A stretch of DNA of 30,940 nucleotides from a virus (lineage: Duplodnaviria > Caudoviricetes): positions 1 through 30,940 of the IMG/VR virus record IMGVR_UViG_3300037586_003044. One strand, 5' to 3'. The notes beneath the pieces were generated by a model. That model made no database searches. It saw only the letters and a list, made by a program, of their open reading frames with translations, and was not told the DNA's origin. Position 1 is the first letter of the stretch, and every line of letters starts with the position of its first letter. The translations under genes were made by a program, and so were the position numbers. Below, one piece after another: positions 1-10,300 of the stretch.

Positions 1-35
1 CCTTTCAGGTGCCCAGTCTCGTCTTGGAGGCGTGA

Positions 36-1598
36 ATGGATGTATCTCTCGGCGCGCTAAGAGACCGCCTCTTCAGTTTTCGTTCCTGGGACAGCTCTGG
101 TTCGACGCTGAACAAGCGAGTTCGTGATGCGTTGAACACTGCCCTGGACCGGCTGGCTGGTGATGTGCCAGAGGCCCTGGTCCCTGACGAGGAACACGTT
201 GTTCTCTACGCGGATGCGCTGGGCACGGACGCGGACATCGATGCGCGGCTGAACTCTACAGCTGACCCTCGCGTGCTCAAGTTCTCTGACTCGTCGTCTG
301 CGGCTACCGCGATCTCGTCTTCATGGACACCCTCGGTCGATGGGACCTGGGATGGTGTCATGCACCTCGAGGTCAAGGACCCATCGGATGTCTGGCACCG
401 TCGCCAGTCTCGTGAGTGGTGGCTCGACAGTGGCTTCTACTACGTCACCATCGACCGTCCGTGGAGGAACGCAACCGACACGTTGATGGAGTTTCGCGCC
501 CACCAGCCCGAGTTCTTCGTGACCGATGATGTCATGGAGGTGCTCGAGCCTGCTCGAATCTGGGATTCGACTCGGCAGCAAGTATGGTCTATCGACACGG
601 CAGGTGCGTATCGCCAGGACATGCTCGACTTCCAGGGCAACAGCAAGGCGCGCCCTTACCGCATGTGGCGAGGCCGGCACTTCCAGATGCCTACGCCGAG
701 AGCCGCCCCGACAGCTATCCTCCCAGAGATAAATCAAGATGCCAAGGATCCTACGCTCGTGTGGGTGGGCCCCGAACAGAAGGGCACGTTCAAGTTCTGC
801 TACACCATCGTGTGGGGTCGACGAGACACCGAATGGCAGGTAGCCCCCGGGGGCATTCAGGACCCTGTCTGGGAGAGTGCCCCCTCTCCTGCGAGCGCTG
901 AAGTTGATAACTCGAATATGAAGACGAGTGGTACGTATGACGGCATTGTTCTCCGCGCCGAGAACATCGACTACATGACGGACTTCGACCGCATTGTGCC
1001 TTCCGACGCCCCGGGGACGATGCTCAGAGACCAACGCTCTGGGTTCCGCATCCGGTTCTACGCGGCTCGAGAGAGCTTCGAGCTTGGTGCGTCATCGGGG
1101 GCCAGTGGTAGCGGTGACAACAATATCGTCGAGTCGGCGGGGATCTATTACCTGTTGGCTGAGATCGAGCCGGGTAATGCTGCAGGTGTTGTTACGCCGA
1201 CGACCACGTATGTCTGGACAGGTGCAGCCATTCCAGACTTCTATCGGCCCCTCAAGCACAGCACTGGCTACTACGCATGGAAGGTCTTTCCGCATCAAGA
1301 TCAGCGGTACGAGCTCGACTTCCGAGTTCTTAGGCTACCTCGCGCGTTCGTCGATGACAGGGACACCGCTCCGATTCAACGTGATGCCGTGCCCGCGTTG
1401 CTCGAGCTTGCGCTCCACTACATGTGTCTGCTCGACGGTGTCGATCAGCAAGGTGCACAGATTCACCTTGATCGATTCCAGACTCTCGCGCGTCGATACA
1501 GGGCGCGCTATGCCACACCCGGCGGCATTGTCGAACCGGTACCTTTCGGCGGTCGATACTCTCGACTGCAGTACGGGACGTTCAGATCCACGACATAA
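36..1598 (+). CDS. Putative head-tail adaptor / tail tubular protein A-like, with internal beta-rich insertion (520 aa)
   Basis: GGAGG RBS at 26-30. N-terminal helices (RVRDALNTALDRLA) and C-terminus (VFPHQDQRYELDFRVLRLP...DTAPI...ALLELALHY) follow the pattern of podovirus adaptor proteins. It lies upstream of a nozzle-like gene. Confidence 0.6.
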   Translation: MDVSLGALRDRLFSFRSWDSSGSTLNKRVRDALNTALDRLAGDVPEALVPDEEHVVLYADALGTDADIDARLNSTADPRVLKFSDSSSAATAISSSWTPSVDGTWDGVMHLEVKDPSDVWHRRQSREWWLDSGFYYVTIDRPWRNATDTLMEFRAHQPEFFVTDDVMEVLEPARIWDSTRQQVWSIDTAGAYRQDMLDFQGNSKARPYRMWRGRHFQMPTPRAAPTAILPEINQDAKDPTLVWVGPEQKGTFKFCYTIVWGRRDTEWQVAPGGIQDPVWESAPSPASAEVDNSNMKTSGTYDGIVLRAENIDYMTDFDRIVPSDAPGTMLRDQRSGFRIRFYAARESFELGASSGASGSGDNNIVESAGIYYLLAEIEPGNAAGVVTPTTTYVWTGAAIPDFYRPLKHSTGYYAWKVFPHQDQRYELDFRVLRLPRAFVDDRDTAPIQRDAVPALLELALHYMCLLDGVDQQGAQIHLDRFQTLARRYRARYATPGGIVEPVPFGGRYSRLQYGTFRSTT

Positions 1599-1609
1599 GC
1601 ATTCCGCCT

Positions 1610-1618
1610 TGTTAAGAT
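1610..1618 (+). promoter_or_regulatory. Candidate extended -10 promoter (TGtTAAGAT)
   Basis: TGn-TAAGAT in a short intergenic gap. Similar elements occur at 21845 and 23464. Confidence 0.4.
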
Positions 1619-1634
1619 ACTTCCAGAGGTGAAC

Positions 1635-2105
1635 ATGACGCGCATCGACTACATCAGCTTCGACCGCCCGCAGGTCGGAGATATCTACCACCGCTACAGT
1701 CTCAACAGTCTCTTCGAGGAAGCGATGATCATCAGTGTCATCGGCCCCGCTGATGACCAGGACCAGTGGACGGCAGTTCTCATGACTCGCAACGGAGCTG
1801 AGTTCTCGTCTTCGGGCGCGGACTACCGCAACAAGTTCGACTGGGTGCCGCATACGTGGATTTACGATGAGTTTCAGCGCGCATGGATCGACCCGAAGTC
1901 CGAGTCTACCGAAGAAGGTGCGCAGGCACAGACGCCCGAGGCGTTCAACCCAGCGAAGATTCCCGGCCCTGTCGAGGGTGAGCGGTTCATGACCTGGCGT
2001 GCTCGTGTGCTCAAGGAGATTCCGCTGCTCAAGAACAACAGTGAAGCGAAGGCGATGCTGTCTGCTGTCTGGAGGACTCGGGAACCAGGCGTGTCCGCGA
2101 AGTAG
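1635..2105 (+). CDS. Hypothetical protein (156 aa) with a C-terminal HMG-box-like helical motif
   Basis: GAGGTG RBS at 1626-1631 favours ATG 1635 over GTG 1629. The ORF fills the gap between two structural genes. Confidence 0.7.
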   Translation: MTRIDYISFDRPQVGDIYHRYSLNSLFEEAMIISVIGPADDQDQWTAVLMTRNGAEFSSSGADYRNKFDWVPHTWIYDEFQRAWIDPKSESTEEGAQAQTPEAFNPAKIPGPVEGERFMTWRARVLKEIPLLKNNSEAKAMLSAVWRTREPGVSAK

Positions 2106-2121
2106 CGTACGGGAGTCGTAG

Positions 2122-4227
2122 ATGGCGGGCCCAGCCCAGCAGCAGACTCGTAGACTGGTTGTGCCTCCTGGCGAGGCGCAGCGCTATTACTCGGCTGCGT
2201 CTTTGGCGTTCAAGGTACAGAACTTCACGGCAACCCCGGAAGGGACGATCACTTCGGTGCTCGGACCTACGGCATATGAGCCGCTCCGGGACTACTCGGC
2301 CCATATCGGGTCGGACTATGTGACGGCCATCTACGCCAGCGATACGCCGCATGGCATCTTCCAGACGAACCTGCAGGGTGGTCTGGTGGACATGTTGGTC
2401 ATCCGCGCAGGCTCGAAGATTTATCGTCATGCCGGCTGGTACCGGGGCTGGGAGATCCTGCTCACAGGTCTCTCGAGCGAGAATCGTCCAAGATTCCCCG
2501 ACCAGTTCACGGTTCTCAACGACCTGGTCATCTGGACCAATGGCATCGACCGTCCCCAGGCGATTGCTTCGGACGGCTCTATCGCGAACCTGGGCTTTGC
2601 CGAGATCCCTGCGCCTCCTGACACCGCAGGCCCGATGAGTCATCTCCACGACACTGCCAACTTCCCGAACTACTACGGGTACAGCTGGCCCGGTCGCATC
2701 GGGACTGTGGGTGATGTGCTCAATGGTCAGAGTGGTTCGCTGTTGTCGGGTGCCTGGTACTACTACCTTCGCTACGAAGACAGCTACGGCAACCTGTCTG
2801 CCCCTTCTCCGGCAAGTCGGCCTACGATTGTAGACACGCTGAGTGCGAGCCCCAACACCGGAATCACTGACGCTGAGTTCTACGACGCAGAGCTGGCGGA
2901 CCTGACTCGGCAGTTTGCGGTGATGCTGCCCGAGGGACCGGACGAGTGTGTGGCGATGCACGTCTATCGGACGCCAGACACCAAGCACGTCAGCACGATT
3001 CCCCGGTTCCTCACACGGGTTCCGAACAAGCGGGCGATGACCTACCCCGACAACATGGCGGACTCAGACCTGGGTTCCGAGATGGATTCTGGTGTCGTGG
3101 TTCCGGTTTTCCGGGTCATGTGTACGCACCAGGGACGACTCGTCATCGCGAACACCCTGGAAGACCCGGGCATCGTCAGGCGCAGTGACCCGGGGTTTCC
3201 GGGCACATTCTCTTCGACGGAGTTCGTCTACCCCGACAGTGGCGGTGCCGAGGTTACAGGGGTCGCTTCGCATGATGGGGCACTCCTCGCGTTTACCGAG
3301 AACAGCGTCTACTCTCTGCAGGACTTCTCGGTACCCGTTCCTCTGGCGCAGGGGGTGGGGTGTGTCGCTCCGAGCTCTATCAGGGCGATGGCGAACGGGG
3401 CGCTCATCTGGTTGGCTCGAGATGGCTTCTACGCGATGACGGGGGGAGCCATCAGCAAAGTCAGCACCCCTATCGACCGCACGGTACGCAACTACCTCAA
3501 CCGTGGCCGTCTCGGCATGTCTGCTGCCGCCTATGATTCGGCCAGTGGAGAGTATCGGTGCGCGGTTCCTCCTGCAGGTGAGCAGCACAACACGCTCATT
3601 CTCTGCTTCGATGGCGCGCACTGGCGTAGACAGAGGCTGGATCTGCACATTGCAGACTTCACTGCGACGAATGACTGGAGACAGTACTTGTTGGGGCTGG
3701 GTCACAAGAAGATTACCAGCAGTGCAAGTAAGCTATGGGACTCTACTCGAGTCGAGACCTATGTGATGGATCGCTCTACGAAGCACGGAGTCACCACGGC
3801 GGAGGACATTATCTATCGCTCTGCGTGGTTGCGGGGCGACGAACTCGGTTTACTGCCCATCAACGTACGCTCTATGTTCGTAGGCATGATCGATGCCTGG
3901 AACGACGATGTGACTATCAAGTTCTACCGCAACGGCTCCTGGGCTGAGCATGTCTCGATGACGGACCTCAAGTCGATTGGGGTCAACGATGACTCGGGTG
4001 TGGTGACTGATGTTGCCGGGGCCGCAGTGCTTGGGACGTCCAAGGTGCATGATCCCAGGCTGTTCTGGCGTCAGATCCCGGCAGGGCTCGAGAACGTCAA
4101 CTCGTGGGCATTCGAGATCTCGGCGACTCGCCCGACTCGCCTGCACCTGGCGTCGTTCGCATTCGACATCAGTGCCGCCACCAGTGGAAGTGTGAAGGGC
4201 CGCATCCCGCTTCGCAGTGATACGTAG
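2122..4227 (+). CDS. Putative tail nozzle / DNA stabilisation protein (P22 gp10 / T7 gp12-like beta-propeller, 701 aa)
   Basis: Typical blade motifs (HQGRLVIA, VTGVASHDGALLAFTENSVY, GVGCVAPSSI, LIWLARDGFY, ISKVSTPID). Size and position after the adaptor fit. Confidence 0.75.
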   Translation: MAGPAQQQTRRLVVPPGEAQRYYSAASLAFKVQNFTATPEGTITSVLGPTAYEPLRDYSAHIGSDYVTAIYASDTPHGIFQTNLQGGLVDMLVIRAGSKIYRHAGWYRGWEILLTGLSSENRPRFPDQFTVLNDLVIWTNGIDRPQAIASDGSIANLGFAEIPAPPDTAGPMSHLHDTANFPNYYGYSWPGRIGTVGDVLNGQSGSLLSGAWYYYLRYEDSYGNLSAPSPASRPTIVDTLSASPNTGITDAEFYDAELADLTRQFAVMLPEGPDECVAMHVYRTPDTKHVSTIPRFLTRVPNKRAMTYPDNMADSDLGSEMDSGVVVPVFRVMCTHQGRLVIANTLEDPGIVRRSDPGFPGTFSSTEFVYPDSGGAEVTGVASHDGALLAFTENSVYSLQDFSVPVPLAQGVGCVAPSSIRAMANGALIWLARDGFYAMTGGAISKVSTPIDRTVRNYLNRGRLGMSAAAYDSASGEYRCAVPPAGEQHNTLILCFDGAHWRRQRLDLHIADFTATNDWRQYLLGLGHKKITSSASKLWDSTRVETYVMDRSTKHGVTTAEDIIYRSAWLRGDELGLLPINVRSMFVGMIDAWNDDVTIKFYRNGSWAEHVSMTDLKSIGVNDDSGVVTDVAGAAVLGTSKVHDPRLFWRQIPAGLENVNSWAFEISATRPTRLHLASFAFDISAATSGSVKGRIPLRSDT

Positions 4228-4235
4228 GTGACAGC

Positions 4236-5867
4236 ATGAGTTACATCTTCCCCAAGCGCAGACTCCGCGACAAGGACGTGCTGGATCCGACCGAGCTGAA
4301 TGAGGACGTTGCGCCTGCGGCAGAGCTCTACTCGGGAAAGCTGAACCAGCACAACTTCGAGACCGGTATCGAGCCGACTATCGCCAGTGAAGCCTACTGG
4401 AAGGTCTACCATCAGCAGCAGCACCAAGCTCCTGGGTGGAACACTTACAACAGTGGTACTAGGATGGACGAAGATCGAACCAACGGGATGCAGATCCCGA
4501 ATGACGGCAGCTGGGCTCCAGTCGACGACATCACTCAGACGCTGACAACAACAAGCTCCAACCTGTGGATTCTCTCACAGGCACAGTATTTCTGGGTGGG
4601 TTTTCAGCTAAACAGTGGTGTCGCCATCCCTGGGTCCGCCGTAAGGCATGCGCACAGTCTTGGAACAAGACCCGCTCGAGTGCAGTTCGCGATTCGGGTC
4701 AACGGGAGCATTGTCGAGGGGACCACGACAGGTAAGTCCGATGTCTATGAGACGGTGCCTCAACCTTGGAGACCCACAGACAATAGCCGTACTTTGTCTG
4801 ATGACAAGGCAGGACCGGGCTCAGACTACACAGAGGATACAACGGCTCTCGGCCCTGAAGTTTTTCCTGTCCGTGTGATGGCGGTTTATCCGGTGCCCCC
4901 AGGAACGCACACGGTTGAGATGGTCTGTCGAAGACTCGCAAGAACTTCAGACGTAAGCCCTTATGCGATGAAAGATCGAGTTTACATTTATAACCGTCAG
5001 CTTGCTGTGGTCGATCTTCCGACATACGCAGCTGCGGCGACGACATTCTCTTTCGTAGACGCCCCCGCGTTTGAGGCGGAAGATGTAGTCTCTGCCGAGT
5101 CTCTGGGGACTGACCGCATCGACGCGGTAAGAGAGAAGCTCAATAGTGTCGAAGCAGGAGCGGCTGCTCGAGGTGCTTTCAACCACTATCACTTGCCGTC
5201 GATGATGGGCTCTGCGACTCAGCAGAAGACGCAGCCGACATCGGGATCACTCAGTGTAGGCATGAAAGCTGGGTACCCGGGATTTGGTCAGAGTGTGTTC
5301 TACCCGGACAGTTCCGACCCAAACATGGGCTGGATGCAAGTCAGTGATGGTGCAGGTACGTATCTCCAGAGCGATGCCATCACGATTACCGAGGACTCCA
5401 CACTTATTGTTCTTGGAAATGTGCAACTGTTTGATGTCGGGGGCACTAAGCAAGCAGTGGATTCGCTCGCTTTTAAAAAAGCGTATGGGGCATACGCCTG
5501 TTTTTGCCTTGGCTATAAGAAAAGTGGTGACGCGGCACCAACGATTGCACGTGCCACGGAGTCTTATATCAATTCGTTCAACACTAGCTGGGGAGACTTG
5601 GCGATCAACCCTGGATCTTACGATATTTCTGGGAGTGACGAGTACACTGGCCCTGCTTTGAGCAACGGCGCAGAGTGTGTCAACGTACCGTTGATGTGGG
5701 TCATGAAGTTCGGCCAAGGTGAGACGTTCAGTTTCAGCGATGCTCTGGACTACATCACGATTTTCGGATCGAGTCGGATAGACGGGTTTCACTCTGCAGC
5801 GAATCTACCCGATGTTGAAATAGGTCGAGCGAACTTGATTGTCCTTCACTTGAAGAAGGGGAGTTGA
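4236..5867 (+). CDS. Putative virion tail-associated structural protein with two related modules (543 aa)
   Basis: Long ORF with AGGTG RBS. Beta-rich and Ser/Thr/Gly-rich, located in the tail module. Confidence 0.6.
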   Translation: MSYIFPKRRLRDKDVLDPTELNEDVAPAAELYSGKLNQHNFETGIEPTIASEAYWKVYHQQQHQAPGWNTYNSGTRMDEDRTNGMQIPNDGSWAPVDDITQTLTTTSSNLWILSQAQYFWVGFQLNSGVAIPGSAVRHAHSLGTRPARVQFAIRVNGSIVEGTTTGKSDVYETVPQPWRPTDNSRTLSDDKAGPGSDYTEDTTALGPEVFPVRVMAVYPVPPGTHTVEMVCRRLARTSDVSPYAMKDRVYIYNRQLAVVDLPTYAAAATTFSFVDAPAFEAEDVVSAESLGTDRIDAVREKLNSVEAGAAARGAFNHYHLPSMMGSATQQKTQPTSGSLSVGMKAGYPGFGQSVFYPDSSDPNMGWMQVSDGAGTYLQSDAITITEDSTLIVLGNVQLFDVGGTKQAVDSLAFKKAYGAYACFCLGYKKSGDAAPTIARATESYINSFNTSWGDLAINPGSYDISGSDEYTGPALSNGAECVNVPLMWVMKFGQGETFSFSDALDYITIFGSSRIDGFHSAANLPDVEIGRANLIVLHLKKGS

Positions 5868-5868
5868 C

Positions 5869-6672
5869 GTGGCTGGAATTCCTACCTCGTACACGTACAC
5901 GGATGGCAGTGAACTCGACACAGACGGCCACAACACGAATGTGTACAGCACGGATTCCAGTGGTGAAGGTATCATGTCAGAGGCGAATGGCGGCCTCGAC
6001 GGAGCAAATCTCGACGCTGGATTCAAGGTCTACGCCGAGCACATCCAACCAGGTGAGGTCACGCAGGCTGCGCAGGAAGCGCATGTTGAAACCGTCGACT
6101 GCTGGCAAGATGTTTTTGCCCGCGCACCAGCGCAGTCCAACGATGTAGTCACAGTCACCGTAGACAACTGCGTACCTGTGCCGGGTTGCGGCATCAGGTT
6201 CTATCAACCGTACGCAGCCTCATACGCCCTGCTTTCGTTTTCGTTCTTTGTCTCGAATCACCGAGCCATCACAGGGACGAATGCGGGCTCTCCGTCTGAG
6301 CCTGTGTTCAGTCTGGATTCAAGCGACGGACTTCTCCGCATGGGCGTTTTCGCTTGTCTCGATGGTACCATAATCGACCACACACGTCGACGTCTTCCCA
6401 AGACGAATGCGATTTATGGTTACTCTGGTCCTGCACTCTTGCTTCCGGGTACGACAGGGGAAAAACGAGCGTCTGTCTGGTATGATATGTGTCACCTCGA
6501 GAGCAGTTTGAGCAAGGGCTACCATGACCTTCAACTGTATCTTTATATGGAAGAACTCGACGCTTCTCAGAATCTTACGGTGTCTCGCGGAAAGAGTGTT
6601 GAGATCGTTGCTCGATTCTATCAGCGATGTTCCTTCGGAGTTCGTAGTGCTCGGGTCTTATCCTTCCTGTAG
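5869..6672 (+). CDS. Putative virion tail-associated structural protein (267 aa, GTG start)
   Basis: GGAG RBS, 1 nt after the previous stop. N-terminus (YTYTDGSELDTDGHNTN...NGGLDGANL) resembles the N-terminus of the preceding gene. Confidence 0.6.
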   Translation: MAGIPTSYTYTDGSELDTDGHNTNVYSTDSSGEGIMSEANGGLDGANLDAGFKVYAEHIQPGEVTQAAQEAHVETVDCWQDVFARAPAQSNDVVTVTVDNCVPVPGCGIRFYQPYAASYALLSFSFFVSNHRAITGTNAGSPSEPVFSLDSSDGLLRMGVFACLDGTIIDHTRRRLPKTNAIYGYSGPALLLPGTTGEKRASVWYDMCHLESSLSKGYHDLQLYLYMEELDASQNLTVSRGKSVEIVARFYQRCSFGVRSARVLSFL

Positions 6673-6698
6673 AGTTATACTGATCTACGAGGTGTGAG

Positions 6699-7358
6699 AT
6701 GGCCGATAATCCTTTAACCGGTGCCACGATACAGGAACCAGAAAAAGACGCTGCGACGGGCGGAACCGCCGCGTTGACAGGTGCCGCTCCTGCACTCACT
6801 GCATTGGGCAAGAGTGCCTTAGATATTGGCAAGGTAGGAGCCGCACAGGCACTGGCTGCTGCCCCCGCGTACTTCTCCAAGCCTGCTCGTGAGTCTCGTG
6901 CAGAGTATCGGGACCTTCTCGACGCACAGAAGGCGGGCAAGCTCGGCTGGACGCCCCAGCAGAAGCGCCAGATGATGGGAGAAGCTCTTCGGGCGAGTCA
7001 GGCTTCGACCAAGGACATCGAGGCGAAGCTTCGACGCGAAGCGGCTGCGCTGGGTGGTACGGGTCGGTCTGGTCGTCCGCAAGAGGTTATCGCGAAGATT
7101 GCCAAGCAGGCGCTGGAGGTCATCCCCCAGGTCGCTGCCAAGGCTGAACTTCTCTCGCAGCAGCAGACCAAGGACCTCACAGGCAAGATCAGTCAAATGA
7201 CGGAGTCGAGGCGCAGAGAGCTCAAGGAAGACTTGACTCAGGGAATGGCGCTGGCGCTGAAGGAAGGGGCGCCTACGACCAAGGAAAAGGCGGAGGAATA
7301 CGCCAAGTTCAAGGCTGTACTTGATGCGTTAGAGGCCCAAGAGGCAGAGACTGCATAG
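6699..7358 (+). CDS. Putative small internal virion / ejection protein (219 aa)
   Basis: GAGGTG RBS. Ala/Gly-rich N-terminus followed by Q/K/E/A-rich helices. First of a series of large ORFs following the tail genes, as in podovirus ejectosomes. Confidence 0.55.
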   Translation: MADNPLTGATIQEPEKDAATGGTAALTGAAPALTALGKSALDIGKVGAAQALAAAPAYFSKPARESRAEYRDLLDAQKAGKLGWTPQQKRQMMGEALRASQASTKDIEAKLRREAAALGGTGRSGRPQEVIAKIAKQALEVIPQVAAKAELLSQQQTKDLTGKISQMTESRRRELKEDLTQGMALALKEGAPTTKEKAEEYAKFKAVLDALEAQEAETA

Positions 7359-7370
7359 GGAGTAGCGACG

Positions 7371-10300
7371 ATGAGCTTCTGGGACGACTACATGTTGATA
7401 CACGGATGGTCGGCCCGGAGTGCGTCCACGCCCACGAGTGAAGCCGAGCACCTGAAGTTCGAGGGTGTTCTTGTCACTCAGCTTGCTAACTTGGAGAAGG
7501 GCATCAACACAGCCTTCTCACATGAGCGCATCGCGCAGTTGAAGGCTGGGGCGAAGATTCGCGCCGAACGTATCCGGGCCGAGACCAATCTCGCGAAGGT
7601 CGATGTCACTGACCGCAACGGTGTTCGCAGTGCCATGGCTCGGATGCACTCGGCTTTGGTCAGGACACAAGATGACCTCCAGAAGTCGGCGACACATAGG
7701 AATGAAGTGCTTATCAGCGCGTCTGTCAATGCGGGTCGACGGGGCATCGGTCCCGGCTTTGACGCATTTTTCAACGACAAGTCTGGAACAGCCGCGTCTC
7801 CGGGCAGTCGATTGCGTACGAATGAGACGACGGCGACGTGGGAGACCCTCATCGACCGAATCGGTGACGACAAAGTCAGAATCACCGAAGACGGAGGCAT
7901 CGAGATCGCTGAAGGCACCGGGATGGGCCCCGGCTTGATCGCGAGGATTCAGGATTTCCACAATCATTATCAACGGCTCAAGCAGAATCAGACCACGTTG
8001 CTCAGTGACGTTAGGTCAGACATCGCTGAAGTCGACGCTGAGATGGAGACTGTGAGCCGCGACGTGGGAGATGCGGAAGTCGCGGCTGCCCTGGGTAGAG
8101 TTCGGTCGATTGCGACAAGAGCGAACAACGCCATTGACGAGTCTCCTGTAGCAAGTGGTGAGATGGCTGCGGAAGAGCTCAACGAGTTCTACGAGAAGAC
8201 CAAGCTTCAACAGACGCTGATGGCGCGCCTGGAGGATATACAGTCGACGGCTGGGGGAGACCCGAAGCGCGCACTGCTCAAGCAGTTCGTCGGTCGGGAC
8301 GCAGCACAGCAGTGGGCCAAGGATCGGGGACTGTCCATCGGATACGTCGATGATGCCGGTAACTACGTCGCGGGTCGACACGACATGCGGGCTGCCATGC
8401 AGTTTGGGTGGGAAGCCACTCGAGGTGTGGCTGAGGGAGGCAAGCAGGCTCGGTACGGTGTCGGCATGCGCCGTCCCACCGACGAGTGGGTCAGAGTGAC
8501 AATGGGCTACAGCCCAGAAGACCAGGAGACGTTCCGCCATAGCGATGGCGGCTATGTCATGCGAGACGGTCAACCTGCTACCGAGGCTGAGCTCGCAGAG
8601 CGGGGTCTGGTCCCTACGTTTTATCGGCTCGGAAATTCATTCACACAACCACTCGGGATTGTTGATCCGCTTTTTGTCGACAATGAGGGTCGGTGGTATG
8701 GGGTTGATGACGAAAGCGGCAACTACGTTCAGATAACGGATCGACGCACTGCAGCCTTCTTCGACACTGAGTACTACGGTACGGATGACGCTGGAAATCC
8801 TTTGTACGACAATGAGCCGTTGGCGGCTAAGGAGCCAGTGGTAATTCGCGACAGCGTCACGGAAAAGCTGCGCTATATGCGGCCTGAAGAAGGCGCGAAC
8901 ATTGCAGTTGTAGATGAGAGCGGTCGACCTCTTTTTGTGCATGAAGACATACAGGCTGACGAAGCTGCTCAGCTCGTGCACAGGGACAACAATCTGGAGC
9001 GTTTAGACACTCTTCCTGCTACTCGTGAGGTGAGGGGTCGCAGGATGAAGATGCATGGCGCGGACCTGACGAAGTACGGTGCAGGTGCCCGGCGTATTCG
9101 TGATGAGCTCACTGGGCGGGAAGAGATCGTCGACATCAACGACCCCACGGTCACGTACCAGGTCACTGCCGAAGAGCCCCTCGGTGTGACGGGCTTTCCC
9201 AGTAGCGTCAAGACTGAGCGCGACGTCAGGGTGCGTACCCGTCGAGACGAAGTACGCAAGCGCCAAGAAGAAGCCGAAGCCGAAGTCGATGTCGGTGTCG
9301 ATGTCGAAGACGGCGGCTATGTGGATGTTGTGGATGGTGTGCCTCAAGAGGATCCTCTTGATGAAGACGCTCCCGCAGAGCGACCAGAGACCTGGCAGAG
9401 ACGCGCCCTGGAGAAGCTGTTTGGCGTGGTCAGACCCGAGTCTCGCTTCAAGGGTGCTCGCACGGAGCTTGAAGAGGATTGGGAGCCTCCGGCAGAGGAT
9501 TTTGAGAATCTTCCACTTCTTCCGCCTCCAGGCACAGATATTGATATTGAAGATGAGGCGCCGCCTTTCGGGGATGAACTCGAGGCGTCGAGAGAAGACA
9601 CGCTTGAGGATCTTCAGAAGCTCATTAATGCGTACAATTACTCAGAAGCCACGCCCATCATCAAGGGCGCGATCAAGAAAGCGCTCGAGGATAAGGTATG
9701 GCCCCTTGATCCCGGAAGCGACTTGGCGGTCGCTTTTGCTGAGATTGTCCGCCCCGTCGAAGAACCTGAAGTTGCCGAGCCGTCTGCCGAGACTGAGGTA
9801 GCTGCCGTCGAGGAGCCTGCAGAGGAAGCCCTGCCTGACCTCGAGCCCCTCTCGAAGACTGAAAAAGCCGAGCTGTATGGTAAACCAGAAGCGCCTCCGC
9901 GAGCGCGGGGGTGGTTTGGTAAGGTACTTGGGCGAAAGGGTATGGGAGAAGCTGAGGTAAGTGAGGACGTTTCTGTGCCTGACTACGACCCAGCACAGGC
10001 TGAAGCATTTCGTCAGTGGGTGACACACAAGCACCCCGATAAGAAGTACGAGACGGAAGAAGGCTTGGCGTGGGTACCTCTTCCTGGGGGCGAAGAGAAC
10101 GCAGAAGACCCGATACTTCAAGCTGCGTGGGCTGACTATGGACAAGAGTTCAAGCGGCATGTTGCTGAAAAAGCTCGTCTTGCCATGCTCGCGAGTCTCG
10201 AGGAGCCGTCAACAGTCTCGCCAGATGCTTCGGAAGCACCCCCGCCAGTACCTACGCCAGCGGAGACTCCCTCAGTGACTCAGAGGGAACGACCACTAAC

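Noticed and set aside
9270-9312. Degenerate 6-bp repeats (gccgaa/gtcgat)
   Set aside because: They simply encode an acidic EAEAEVDVGVDVED stretch. Too short and irregular to suggest a function.
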